24,000 bases of DNA from Neorhizobium turbinariae (GTDB taxonomy: Bacteria; Pseudomonadota; Alphaproteobacteria; Rhizobiales; Rhizobiaceae), in NCBI RefSeq assembly GCF_023223505.1, contig NZ_JALPRY010000001.1:394894-418893 (forward strand), read 5' to 3'. Numbering within the stretch: position 1 is the stretch's first letter; the number at the start of each line of letters is the position of its first letter. The notes under the pieces are model-generated. The model did not search any database. It had not been told where the DNA came from and saw nothing but the letters and a program-made list of their open reading frames with translations. A program made the translations under genes and the position numbers. Below are positions 8,812 to 15,415 of the stretch, piece after piece.

Positions 8812-8880
8812 GGGGGCGTCGCGAGGGCGCGAGATGGGGGGAATCTCTTACCGGGGGGACGGGGGGACTGCCCTCGCGAC
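8812..8880. other. G-tract-rich intergenic element with an 11-bp perfect inverted repeat
   Basis: GTCGCGAGGGC (8818-8828) and GCCCTCGCGAC (8870-8880) flank a 41-nt loop containing G6 runs at 8836-8841, 8853-8858 and 8861-8866. Further G5 (8812-8816) and G3 (8825-8827) tracts. Confidence 0.5.
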
Positions 8881-8958
8881 ATGCACATAATGATCTTCTT
8901 CGCCGATCGTTCCATGCTTTGCGCAGAAAAATTTGTGTCGCCCAGAGTTGGCTGATTT

Positions 8959-9381
8959 CTAGCGAAAGTCGTCGCGTGACCTCGGCCGGAAATCATCCCG
9001 GTCACTGTCTGAATCGCGGCCGTAGCTGCGCCGGTCATTATCGTCTCCACGCTCGACGCGCAGGCGATCGAGGACCTGGATGAGCAGGTCGGCACATTCC
9101 TTGGTCGGCTCGCCTTCCGCACACCGGAAATCGATCACCGTTCCGCCTGCCTCGATGCGAAAACGAGCGGCGCGCTCACGCCAGGAACGGGAGGTCGCGG
9201 TGTCGGCGCTGGCGCCTTCGTCGCGGTCGTCTTCAGGTGGCGCGGGTGGTGCTTCAGGCCGTCGCTCCGCGTCAGCCGGCGAGGCCGGAGGCGTGGCGGG
9301 CGCGTCAGTCGGTGCCTGCGCGAGTGCCAGCGTGGACGAGATGGAAAGCACAGCAGATGCCGCAAGGATCGTCAGTTTCAT
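8959..9381 (-). CDS. Secreted low-complexity protein (Pro/Ala-rich, then Arg/Asp-rich tail)
   Basis: 140 aa from ATG 9381, with GGAGG SD 7 nt upstream. Signal peptide MKLTILAASAVLSISSTLALAQA, one Cys pair (FRCAEGEPTKEC), C-terminal RD-rich tail. Confidence 0.6.
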   Translation of the reverse strand: MKLTILAASAVLSISSTLALAQAPTDAPATPPASPADAERRPEAPPAPPEDDRDEGASADTATSRSWRERAARFRIEAGGTVIDFRCAEGEPTKECADLLIQVLDRLRVERGDDNDRRSYGRDSDSDRDDFRPRSRDDFR

Positions 9382-9412
9382 CGGGGTCGCCTCCATAGAA
9401 GTCTGGCTGACC

Positions 9413-9437
9413 AACCTGAAGCATCGCCCTTTGTTCC
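9413..9437 (-). promoter_or_regulatory. Putative EcfG-type (general stress sigma) promoter GGAAC-N16-GGTT
   Basis: The minus strand reads GGAAC aaagggcgatgcttca GGTT, about 30 nt upstream of ATG 9381. This matches the alphaproteobacterial EcfG consensus GGAAC-N16/17-cGTT except for the weakly conserved C. Confidence 0.35.
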
Positions 9438-9457
9438 CGCGGGAAATCGGCTGACGC

Positions 9458-9616
9458 TCAGGGCACCGGAGCGGGCGGTCGGGTCTCGAAGACGCCGATC
9501 GAACCAGTCACAGTCGGATCAATGGTTTCGAGGCGATCCCACGCAACCGAGACGCCGAACAGGAGGAGAGCAATGAGGGGGACAAGTAGAAGCAAGCCGG
9601 TATTGGACGCGCGCAT
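9458..9616 (-). CDS. Candidate 52-aa single-pass membrane protein
   Basis: ATG 9616 is preceded by GGAG 7 nt upstream. The translation MRASNTGLLLLVPLIALLLFGVSVAW... has one TM helix. The ORF-track start at 9652 lacks an SD. Confidence 0.4.
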   Translation of the reverse strand: MRASNTGLLLLVPLIALLLFGVSVAWDRLETIDPTVTGSIGVFETRPPAPVP

Positions 9617-9737
9617 ATCGTACTCCGCACAAGTGATAGCGAAGGTGAACATGGCGACGGCAAGATTAACGAGAGGTTAAAATCCGCCCTTTTGCACAGC
9701 CCATGCACCAGAGTTGATCAGCGGTGGCTAAAACAAC

Positions 9738-9759
9738 AAAAAACCCGGCCGAAGCCGGG
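9738..9759 (-). terminator. Rho-independent terminator downstream of tRNA-Leu
   Basis: The minus strand reads CCCGGC-ttcg-GCCGGG followed by a T6 run, 6 nt after the tRNA 3' CCA. Confidence 0.7.
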
Positions 9760-9765
9760 TTGATT

Positions 9766-9850
9766 TGGTGCGGTCGAGAAGACTCGAACTTCCACGTCTT
9801 GCGACACAGCGACCTCAACGCTGCGCGTCTACCAATTCCGCCACGACCGC
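9766..9850 (-). tRNA. tRNA-Leu, anticodon GAG, encoded CCA
   Basis: The reverse complement GCGGTCGTGGCGGAATTGGTAGACGCGCAGCGTTGAGGTCGCTGTGTCGCAAGACGTGGAAGTTCGAGTCTTCTCGACCGCACCA folds as a cloverleaf. It has a 7-bp acceptor stem, anticodon stem CAGCG/CGCTG with loop TTGAGGT, a 13-nt variable arm (class II) and a GTTCGAGTC T-loop. Confidence 0.95.
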
Positions 9851-9885
9851 ATCGTGGTAGGTCCGACTTGCGCCGGCGGGGGAGC

Positions 9886-9914
9886 ATGTAGCAAAAGGAT
9901 TTGGCGGGCACAAG
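9886..9914 (-). promoter_or_regulatory. Putative sigma-70 promoter for tRNA-Leu (CTTGTG-N17-CTACAT)
   Basis: The minus-strand hexamers resemble the alphaproteobacterial consensus CTTGAC-N17-CTATAT. The -10 element ends 36 nt before the mature tRNA 5' end. Confidence 0.3.
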
Positions 9915-10027
9915 TGCACTGCGACAGATTTTTCAGGGATAAAATTTTTGGTTCTTCATCCCTATATGAACCGGGCGTATTCGCGCCCTGTCTCGACCCT
10001 TGAACAGCCCTTAGAAGAAGATTTTCC

Positions 10028-10753
10028 ATGCTGACGCGCACCGAACTCAACGCCACCATGTTTCCCAAGGAAGGCTCGCCGCCCGTGCGCTGGAGAATCT
10101 CCGACAGCCCGGTTCCTTATGAGCAGGCGGTGGCGGAGATGGAGGCGGAAGTTGCGGCGATCGCCGACGGGCGGGCGGACGAGCTTGTCTGGCTTCTCGA
10201 GCATCCGCCGCTTTACACCGCCGGTACGAGCGCGGACGCGAGTGACCTCATCGAGCCGGATCGATTTCCCGTTTATGCCACCGGCCGCGGCGGCGAATAT
10301 ACCTATCATGGCCCCGGCCAGCGCGTGGCCTATGTCATGCTTGACCTGAAGCGCCGCCGCCAGGATGTGCGCGCTTATGTTGCGGCACTGGAAGAACTGG
10401 TGATCCGCACCCTCGACGTGATGAACGTCAAAGGTGAGAGGCGCGAGGACCGGGTGGGCGTATGGGTGCGCCGGCCGGAAAAGCCGCCGCTTACCGATGG
10501 TTCGATGGCGGAGGACAAGATCGCCGCGTTCGGCATCCGGTTGCGGCGCTGGGTGAGCTTTCACGGCCTGTCGTTGAACGTCGATCCGGATCTTTCGCAT
10601 TTCAGCGGAATCGTGCCCTGCGGAATCAGCGCCTATGGCGTCACCAGCCTTGTTGACCTCGGGCTGCCGGTGATGATGGCCGATGTCGACATGCCCCTGC
10701 GCGAAGCATTCGAAGACATCTTTGGCCCGACTGTAAACGAGGGGCCGCGCTGA
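10028..10753 (+). CDS. lipB: Lipoyl(octanoyl) transferase
   Basis: 241 aa with [25 protein letters not shown] and KIAAFGIR (catalytic Lys region) blocks typical of LipB. Confidence 0.92.
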   Translation: MLTRTELNATMFPKEGSPPVRWRISDSPVPYEQAVAEMEAEVAAIADGRADELVWLLEHPPLYTAGTSADASDLIEPDRFPVYATGRGGEYTYHGPGQRVAYVMLDLKRRRQDVRAYVAALEELVIRTLDVMNVKGERREDRVGVWVRRPEKPPLTDGSMAEDKIAAFGIRLRRWVSFHGLSLNVDPDLSHFSGIVPCGISAYGVTSLVDLGLPVMMADVDMPLREAFEDIFGPTVNEGPR

Positions 10754-10754
10754 G

Positions 10755-11177
10755 TTGGTCGACATCAAGGTAAAGCCGCGTCCGATCGGCGCAACCGCCA
10801 CCGTTGGCCGCCATGGTCACCCGCAGGTGACAAGCGAGACTGGCGGTGGACTGGCCATTGTCACCGGCGCGTCGGAGCCGGGCTTCAACCCACTCGACCT
10901 TATGTTCTCCTCACTTGCCGCCTGCCTGGTGCTGAGCGCGCGCATCGCGGCAGGCCGTCTCCAACTTCTGGATCGGCTAGTCGAGGTGAGGGTGCATGTG
11001 ACGGGCGAAAAAGCCAAAAGCGAGCCAACCCGGATCGAGGAGTTCACGATCGACTTCGCGATCTATGGGGACTTCGGCGTCGACGAGAAGATGCAGATCA
11101 TCCGTCTTGCGGAAGAGATCTGCACCGTCGGCAATACGCTCAAGGGCTCTCCTTCTTTCGAGGTGAGAACCGCCTAG
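10755..11177 (+). CDS. OsmC/Ohr family protein (putative thiol peroxidase)
   Basis: 140 aa with both family cysteines in context (SLAACLVL and EEICTVGNTL). TTG start 1 nt after the lipB stop, GAGGGG about 10 nt upstream, no in-frame ATG nearby. Confidence 0.75.
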   Translation: MVDIKVKPRPIGATATVGRHGHPQVTSETGGGLAIVTGASEPGFNPLDLMFSSLAACLVLSARIAAGRLQLLDRLVEVRVHVTGEKAKSEPTRIEEFTIDFAIYGDFGVDEKMQIIRLAEEICTVGNTLKGSPSFEVRTA

Positions 11178-11671
11178 TCGTCGTCAGGTATGCGGGCGTC
11201 GACACCCTCGATACGCAGGTTGTTGACGACGCTTTTGACGCCTCGCAGGGCCTGGATGTGGCGGCCGATCGTGCGTGACGTCTGCGCATCGTCGACGCCG
11301 CCGTCGATCGTCACGACCCCGTCTTCGACATGAATGTCGATCAGCGCCATGTCGACGAGGTCAAGGTTCTCAATCGCGTCTGTGATGCGCTCTTCGAGAT
11401 CGTCCGATTCTTCCAGGCCCTCGGTACCCGGCCGATCGCTGTCTACAAGGCGCTCTTCCTGGCCGTCGGCCTCGGTCTTGTCGACGGTAAAGCCGCGGTT
11501 GCGCTCGTCGTCGAAATTGGCGTTGGGGTCGCCATAGGCCGCGTTTTCGATCGGCTTGGCGCCGGCGCCACTGGCGTCGTCGTATGGCCAGCCCTGATCG
11601 ATGTTGCGAGTGTCGTAATCGCGGAAGTCTTCTTCCCTGTTGATCTCGTCGACGTTGCGCTTGGCTGGCAT
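11174..11671 (-). CDS. BON domain-containing protein with an acidic disordered N-terminal half
   Basis: 165 aa. C-terminal IDIHVEDGVVTIDGGVDDAQTSRTIGRHIQALRGVKSVVNNL is a BON fold signature. GGAGA SD before ATG 11671. No signal peptide. Confidence 0.8.
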   Translation of the reverse strand: MPAKRNVDEINREEDFRDYDTRNIDQGWPYDDASGAGAKPIENAAYGDPNANFDDERNRGFTVDKTEADGQEERLVDSDRPGTEGLEESDDLEERITDAIENLDLVDMALIDIHVEDGVVTIDGGVDDAQTSRTIGRHIQALRGVKSVVNNLRIEGVDARIPDDD

Positions 11672-11775
11672 GTCTGTCTCCTGTCGTATGTCCGGTGTGT
11701 CCCCGAGCGTTTCAACTGGCTGGAGTAGGCACCGCGTTACCGGTCAGGGCGGGCCTGACGCGTCTGTGGAGAAAC

Positions 11776-11800
11776 AACGGACGAAGCGGGTTTTGGTTCT
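11776..11800 (-). promoter_or_regulatory. Weak EcfG-like promoter candidate AGAAC-N16-CGTT upstream of the BON gene
   Basis: The minus strand reads AGAAC caaaacccgcttcgtc CGTT, about 105 nt upstream of ATG 11671. There is one mismatch in the -35 element. Confidence 0.2.
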
Positions 11801-11808
11801 GGGGAGGC

Positions 11809-12303
11809 TCACGATTTTCCCTTTTCCCACTTGCGGATGACGCGGTCGCGTTTCAACCGCGAGAGGCGCTTCAGCCAGAAGATACCGTTCAGTTGGTCGA
11901 TCTCGTGCTGCATGCAGATGGCGTAGAAGTCCTGCGCCTCCTCCTCGTGCGTCTCGCCCTTCAGATCCTGGTAGCGAAAGCGGATCCGCCGCGGACGCTC
12001 CACCTCTTCGGTCGCGCCCGGCATCGAGACACTGCCTTCCATGTGGCGCATGATCTGCGCAGAGGCATCGAGAAGTTCGGGATTAACGTAGAAGCGCGGT
12101 CCCATCTCCGCCGACAGCTCAAGCACGACGAGGCGCTGCAGCACCCCGACGTGCGCCGCCGTGATGCCGACGCCGGGGGCAGCCCGCATCGTGTCCAGCA
12201 GGTCATGCGCGAATCTTGATAGTTCGTCATCGAAGGTCGTCACGGCGTCGCAGGGTTGTGAAAGTCGTGGATCGGGATATTTCACCAGCGGAAGTACGGT
12301 CAT
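11809..12303 (-). CDS. Peptide deformylase-like protein with degenerate metal-binding motifs
   Basis: 164 aa from ATG 12303 (AGAGG SD), aligning along its length to E. coli PDF. Motif 1 is GVGITAAH (for GIGLAATQ), motif 2 is EGSVS (for EGCLS) and motif 3 is QHEIDQ (for QHEMDH). The 88-codon ORF-track extension is rejected. Confidence 0.85.
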   Translation of the reverse strand: MTVLPLVKYPDPRLSQPCDAVTTFDDELSRFAHDLLDTMRAAPGVGITAAHVGVLQRLVVLELSAEMGPRFYVNPELLDASAQIMRHMEGSVSMPGATEEVERPRRIRFRYQDLKGETHEEEAQDFYAICMQHEIDQLNGIFWLKRLSRLKRDRVIRKWEKGKS

Positions 12304-12505
12304 GGCAGCCTCTTTGAGATCTTTTCGCCAGACATTTACCCGGCGGGGGCTTGGTGGCTCAAGCTGCGGAATTAGGTTCTTGGCTGGACGCCTCCAACCG
12401 ATTGTTTTAGCAGACGGTTGATAGGGTGGGTCCGGCAGAGTCGTTTGCGTCGTGGCCGGTCCTGTCCCAGGTGTTCCAGTGAACGTCAAACGGCGAGGGC
12501 GGCAG

Positions 12506-13921
12506 ATGAGCGATACCGGTGAAGACATTCGCCCCCGCACCAAGCTTGATGAGGCAACTGCCGACATCTACGCCGAAAACGGCTCTATCCGGGGCGATTT
12601 CCTTGCCGCCGTTGGTGCGGCCATCGCCGATGCCGATACGTCTTTCCTGCGCAAGCATGTGGCGCGCCTGCATGAGTCCGAGCTTGGCGACCTGCTGGAA
12701 TCGATTCCGCCCGAACAGCGTCTGGCGCTTGTTCGGCTGCTGGGCGACGATTTCGACCTGACGGCGCTGACCGAGGTCGACGAAGCGATCCGCATGGAAA
12801 TCGTCGACCAGATGCCGAATGCGCAGATCGCAGCAGCAATCGGCGATCTTGATTCGGATGACGCCGTCTACATTCTAGAAGACCTCGACCAGGAGGATCG
12901 CGAAGAGATCCTCGCGCAACTGCCGTTTACCGAGCGGGTGCGGCTGCGCCGGGCGCTGGATTATCCCGAGCAGTCAGCCGGGCGCCGCATGCAGACGGAG
13001 TTTGTCGCCGTGCCGCCGTTCTGGACGGTGGGGCAGACGATTGACTACATGCGCGAAGAAGCGGACCTGCCGGAAAGCTTTACGCAGATCTTTGTCGTCG
13101 ACCCGACCTTCAAGCTGCTCGGCGTAGTCTATCTCGACAAGATCCTGCGCACCAAGCGCGGGGTGAAGATCGAGGCGATCATGCGGGAAACCAACTATCC
13201 GGTTCCCGCGGACATGGACCAGGAAGAGGCCGCGCAGCTTTTCGAGCAATACGACCTTCTCTCCGCCGCCGTCATCGACAACAACGGTCGCCTCGTCGGC
13301 GTGCTGACGATCGACGATGTCGTGGACGTCATCCAGGAAGAGGCGGAAGAGGATATCATGCGCCTCTCCGGCGTGGGTGACGAAGAACTGTCCGACTCCG
13401 TGAAGCAGACGTCGCGGTCACGCATTCCCTGGCTGCTCGTCAACCTGTTCACTGCCTTCATTTCCGCCTCGGTCATCTCGCTCTTCGAGGCAACGATCGA
13501 GGAAGTCGTCGCACTGGCGATTCTGATGCCGATCGTTGCCGGCATGGGCGGCAATGCCGGCTCGCAGACGATGACTGTGACCGTGCGGGCGCTTGCGACG
13601 CGCAATCTCGACATCCACAACGCGTGGCGCGTGGCCCGGCGCGAAGCGGGGGTCGGGCTTATCAACGGCGTCGTGATCGGGGTTCTTGTGGGCACGGTGG
13701 CAGGCTTGTGGTTTCAGGATCCCCATATCGGCGGACTGATCGCGACCGCCATGCTCATCAACATGTTTGCGGCGGCCATGGCAGGCATCATGATTCCGCT
13801 GCTGCTGGATCGGGCCGGCGCGGATCCCGCCGTGTCGTCTGCTGTCTTCGTGACCGCCATTACCGACACTACCGGATTCTTCGCATTCCTCGGGCTGGCC
13901 ACGATCTGGCTTTTGCCGTGA
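12506..13921 (+). CDS. mgtE: Magnesium transporter MgtE
   Basis: 471 aa from ATG 12506 (GAGGG SD). It has an acidic MgtE_N region, a CBS pair and a C-terminal TM domain with the AGMGGNAGSQ signature. Confidence 0.9.
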   Translation: MSDTGEDIRPRTKLDEATADIYAENGSIRGDFLAAVGAAIADADTSFLRKHVARLHESELGDLLESIPPEQRLALVRLLGDDFDLTALTEVDEAIRMEIVDQMPNAQIAAAIGDLDSDDAVYILEDLDQEDREEILAQLPFTERVRLRRALDYPEQSAGRRMQTEFVAVPPFWTVGQTIDYMREEADLPESFTQIFVVDPTFKLLGVVYLDKILRTKRGVKIEAIMRETNYPVPADMDQEEAAQLFEQYDLLSAAVIDNNGRLVGVLTIDDVVDVIQEEAEEDIMRLSGVGDEELSDSVKQTSRSRIPWLLVNLFTAFISASVISLFEATIEEVVALAILMPIVAGMGGNAGSQTMTVTVRALATRNLDIHNAWRVARREAGVGLINGVVIGVLVGTVAGLWFQDPHIGGLIATAMLINMFAAAMAGIMIPLLLDRAGADPAVSSAVFVTAITDTTGFFAFLGLATIWLLP

Positions 13922-13933
13922 CACCCTGAAAAT

Positions 13934-13953
13934 TGACTTGAACGTAAAAGTCA
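13934..13953. promoter_or_regulatory. Dyad TGACTT-N8-AAGTCA overlapping a TTGACT -35-like hexamer (candidate MerR-type operator)
   Basis: Perfect 6-bp inverted repeat, 33 nt upstream of the MerR-family gene start, in an AT-rich 64-bp spacer. Confidence 0.35.
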
Positions 13954-13985
13954 CTTAGGCTCCTGCACGTAAGCAGGGCGAGAAC

Positions 13986-14372
13986 GTGAATAAGTATTAT
14001 ACCATTACGGAGCTGACACGGGAATTCGGGGTTTCGACTCGGACTCTTCGTTTCTACGAGGATGAGGGCCTCATCCATCCGGAAAGGCGTGGCCGCACAC
14101 GGCTGTTTCGCGCTGCTGACCGCCGTCTCCTGCAGGAAATCCTGCGGGGCCGCCGTATCGGCTTCACCATCGCCGAGATCCGCGAGATCATCCAGGTCTA
14201 CAAGGAGCCACCGGGCGAGTTGGGCCAGCTGAAGCTGATGATGAAGCGCATCGACGAAAAGCGCGACGAGCTGCGCCAGAAGCGTCGGGACATTGACGAG
14301 ACGCTGAGCGAGCTGGACACGGCCGAAGAAGCCTGCCTCACGCGCCTCGCGGAAATCGGCGTCGGCACCTGA
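13986..14372 (+). CDS. MerR family transcriptional regulator (LiuR-like size and shape)
   Basis: 128 aa with N-terminal wHTH YTITELTREFGVSTRTLRFYEDEGLIHPERRG and a C-terminal coiled-coil. GTG start at 13986 with AGGGCGAG upstream. Confidence 0.85.
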   Translation: MNKYYTITELTREFGVSTRTLRFYEDEGLIHPERRGRTRLFRAADRRLLQEILRGRRIGFTIAEIREIIQVYKEPPGELGQLKLMMKRIDEKRDELRQKRRDIDETLSELDTAEEACLTRLAEIGVGT

Positions 14373-14391
14373 TCCCCACCAATCTGTAGAG

Positions 14392-15387
14392 TTATTCCTG
14401 CGGCTGGGCGATCGCCGAGCACTCCTGCGCGATCATCTGCACGCGGTCGTCCTCCAGCTTGATGCTTCCCTGGAGAAGCGGAGTGAGCAGCGATTGTGAC
14501 GCCAGCTGGTCTGTGGTGCAGCCGCAGAAGTTCTCGCAGATTTTCGCATCATTGCCCTGTTGCAGGCAGCCGGCCTCGCAGCTGCGGGCATAGGTCGTAC
14601 GTGGATCCGGCACCGGGGCTGGCGACACCAGCGAGAACAGATAAACAAATGCAATCAGCACCGGCTGGTGCAACAGGTAGATCGCCAGGCTATGGCGGCC
14701 GGCCTTCGACAGGATATTTGTCCGTTGCTGAACGGCTGCAAGCCGGGGCAGCCAGTTGCGTGACAGCGCCAGCCGCGTGACGGCAATGCCAGCCAGCAAA
14801 GCGGCAACCCAGGGAAACAGCGGCACGTAATCATTCGACCGGGGCGGGATGGCTGCAAAACCGAGCCAGCTCAGCCATCGCGTGTCCAACACTGCGGAGT
14901 GGAGGAAGCCTGGTGCAAAACTGCTGTCGGCAACCATCAGGATGATCACCAGAAGAACGCAGGCCGCCGTTAGTGCAATGGGCGCGCGCAGGAACGCCAA
15001 TCCCACGACGCTGGACAGGGCGATGTTGTGCAGGATGCCGAAATAGATCCACTCGTTCGGGACGGCGATGAGTGTCGCAATGGTGATCAAGAGCGCTGCA
15101 CCTGCCACCACCGCAAAGCGTTTCCAGAAGGAAGACCAGCGGATCACCGGGTAGTGGGCAAGCACGAGGCTGACACCGGCCAAAAACAGGAAACTGCTGG
15201 CAATGCACCGAGCATAGATGCGAAAGAAGCCTTGGGTTGCCGTTCCGGGCTCAAGGTAACCGAAGAACTCCAGGTCCCAGGTGAAGTGGTAGGTTGCCAT
15301 CGCCACCAGCGCGACGCCGCGCAGCGTGTCGATCAGTGGGATACGTGGGAATTTCGTGGAGGTCTGGGAAGCGTCGGCGAGTGTCAC
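14392..15387 (-). CDS. Heparan-alpha-glucosaminide N-acetyltransferase-like (DUF1624) membrane protein with a Cys-rich C-terminal tail
   Basis: 331 aa. N-terminal RIPLIDTLRGVALVAMATYHFTWDL matches the DUF1624 signature as I recall it. Multiple TM helices. GTG start (no ATG available). Confidence 0.75.
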   Translation of the reverse strand: MTLADASQTSTKFPRIPLIDTLRGVALVAMATYHFTWDLEFFGYLEPGTATQGFFRIYARCIASSFLFLAGVSLVLAHYPVIRWSSFWKRFAVVAGAALLITIATLIAVPNEWIYFGILHNIALSSVVGLAFLRAPIALTAACVLLVIILMVADSSFAPGFLHSAVLDTRWLSWLGFAAIPPRSNDYVPLFPWVAALLAGIAVTRLALSRNWLPRLAAVQQRTNILSKAGRHSLAIYLLHQPVLIAFVYLFSLVSPAPVPDPRTTYARSCEAGCLQQGNDAKICENFCGCTTDQLASQSLLTPLLQGSIKLEDDRVQMIAQECSAIAQPQE

Positions 15388-15415
15388 GGGGATCTTTCGT
15401 GTTTTACCTGGCGTC

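Noticed and set aside
8799-9122. 107-aa minus-strand ORF
   Set aside because: It overlaps the signal-peptide protein gene (8959-9381) out of frame and runs through the G-rich hairpin element. It has no SD.
8647-9850. Possible genomic island integrated at tRNA-Leu
   Set aside because: There is no integrase, no direct repeat of the tRNA 3' end that I could find, and no compositional break large enough. The region holds only small orphan genes.
9962-10801. 279-aa minus-strand ORF
   Set aside because: It lies antisense to lipB and has no recognisable motifs and an Arg/Ala/His-rich composition.
12304-12505. Possible Mg2+ riboswitch (M-box) in the mgtE leader
   Set aside because: I could not recognise M-box conserved helices or any convincing terminator/antiterminator pair. 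A covariance-model scan would be needed, so this is not reported as a feature.
12304-12567. 88-codon N-terminal extension of the deformylase-like ORF, and the 18-codon extension of mgtE (12452-12505)
   Set aside because: The extensions are low-complexity and cross the divergent promoter region. The PDF alignment starts at MTVLPLVKYPDPRL and MgtE at MSDTGED, each with an SD.
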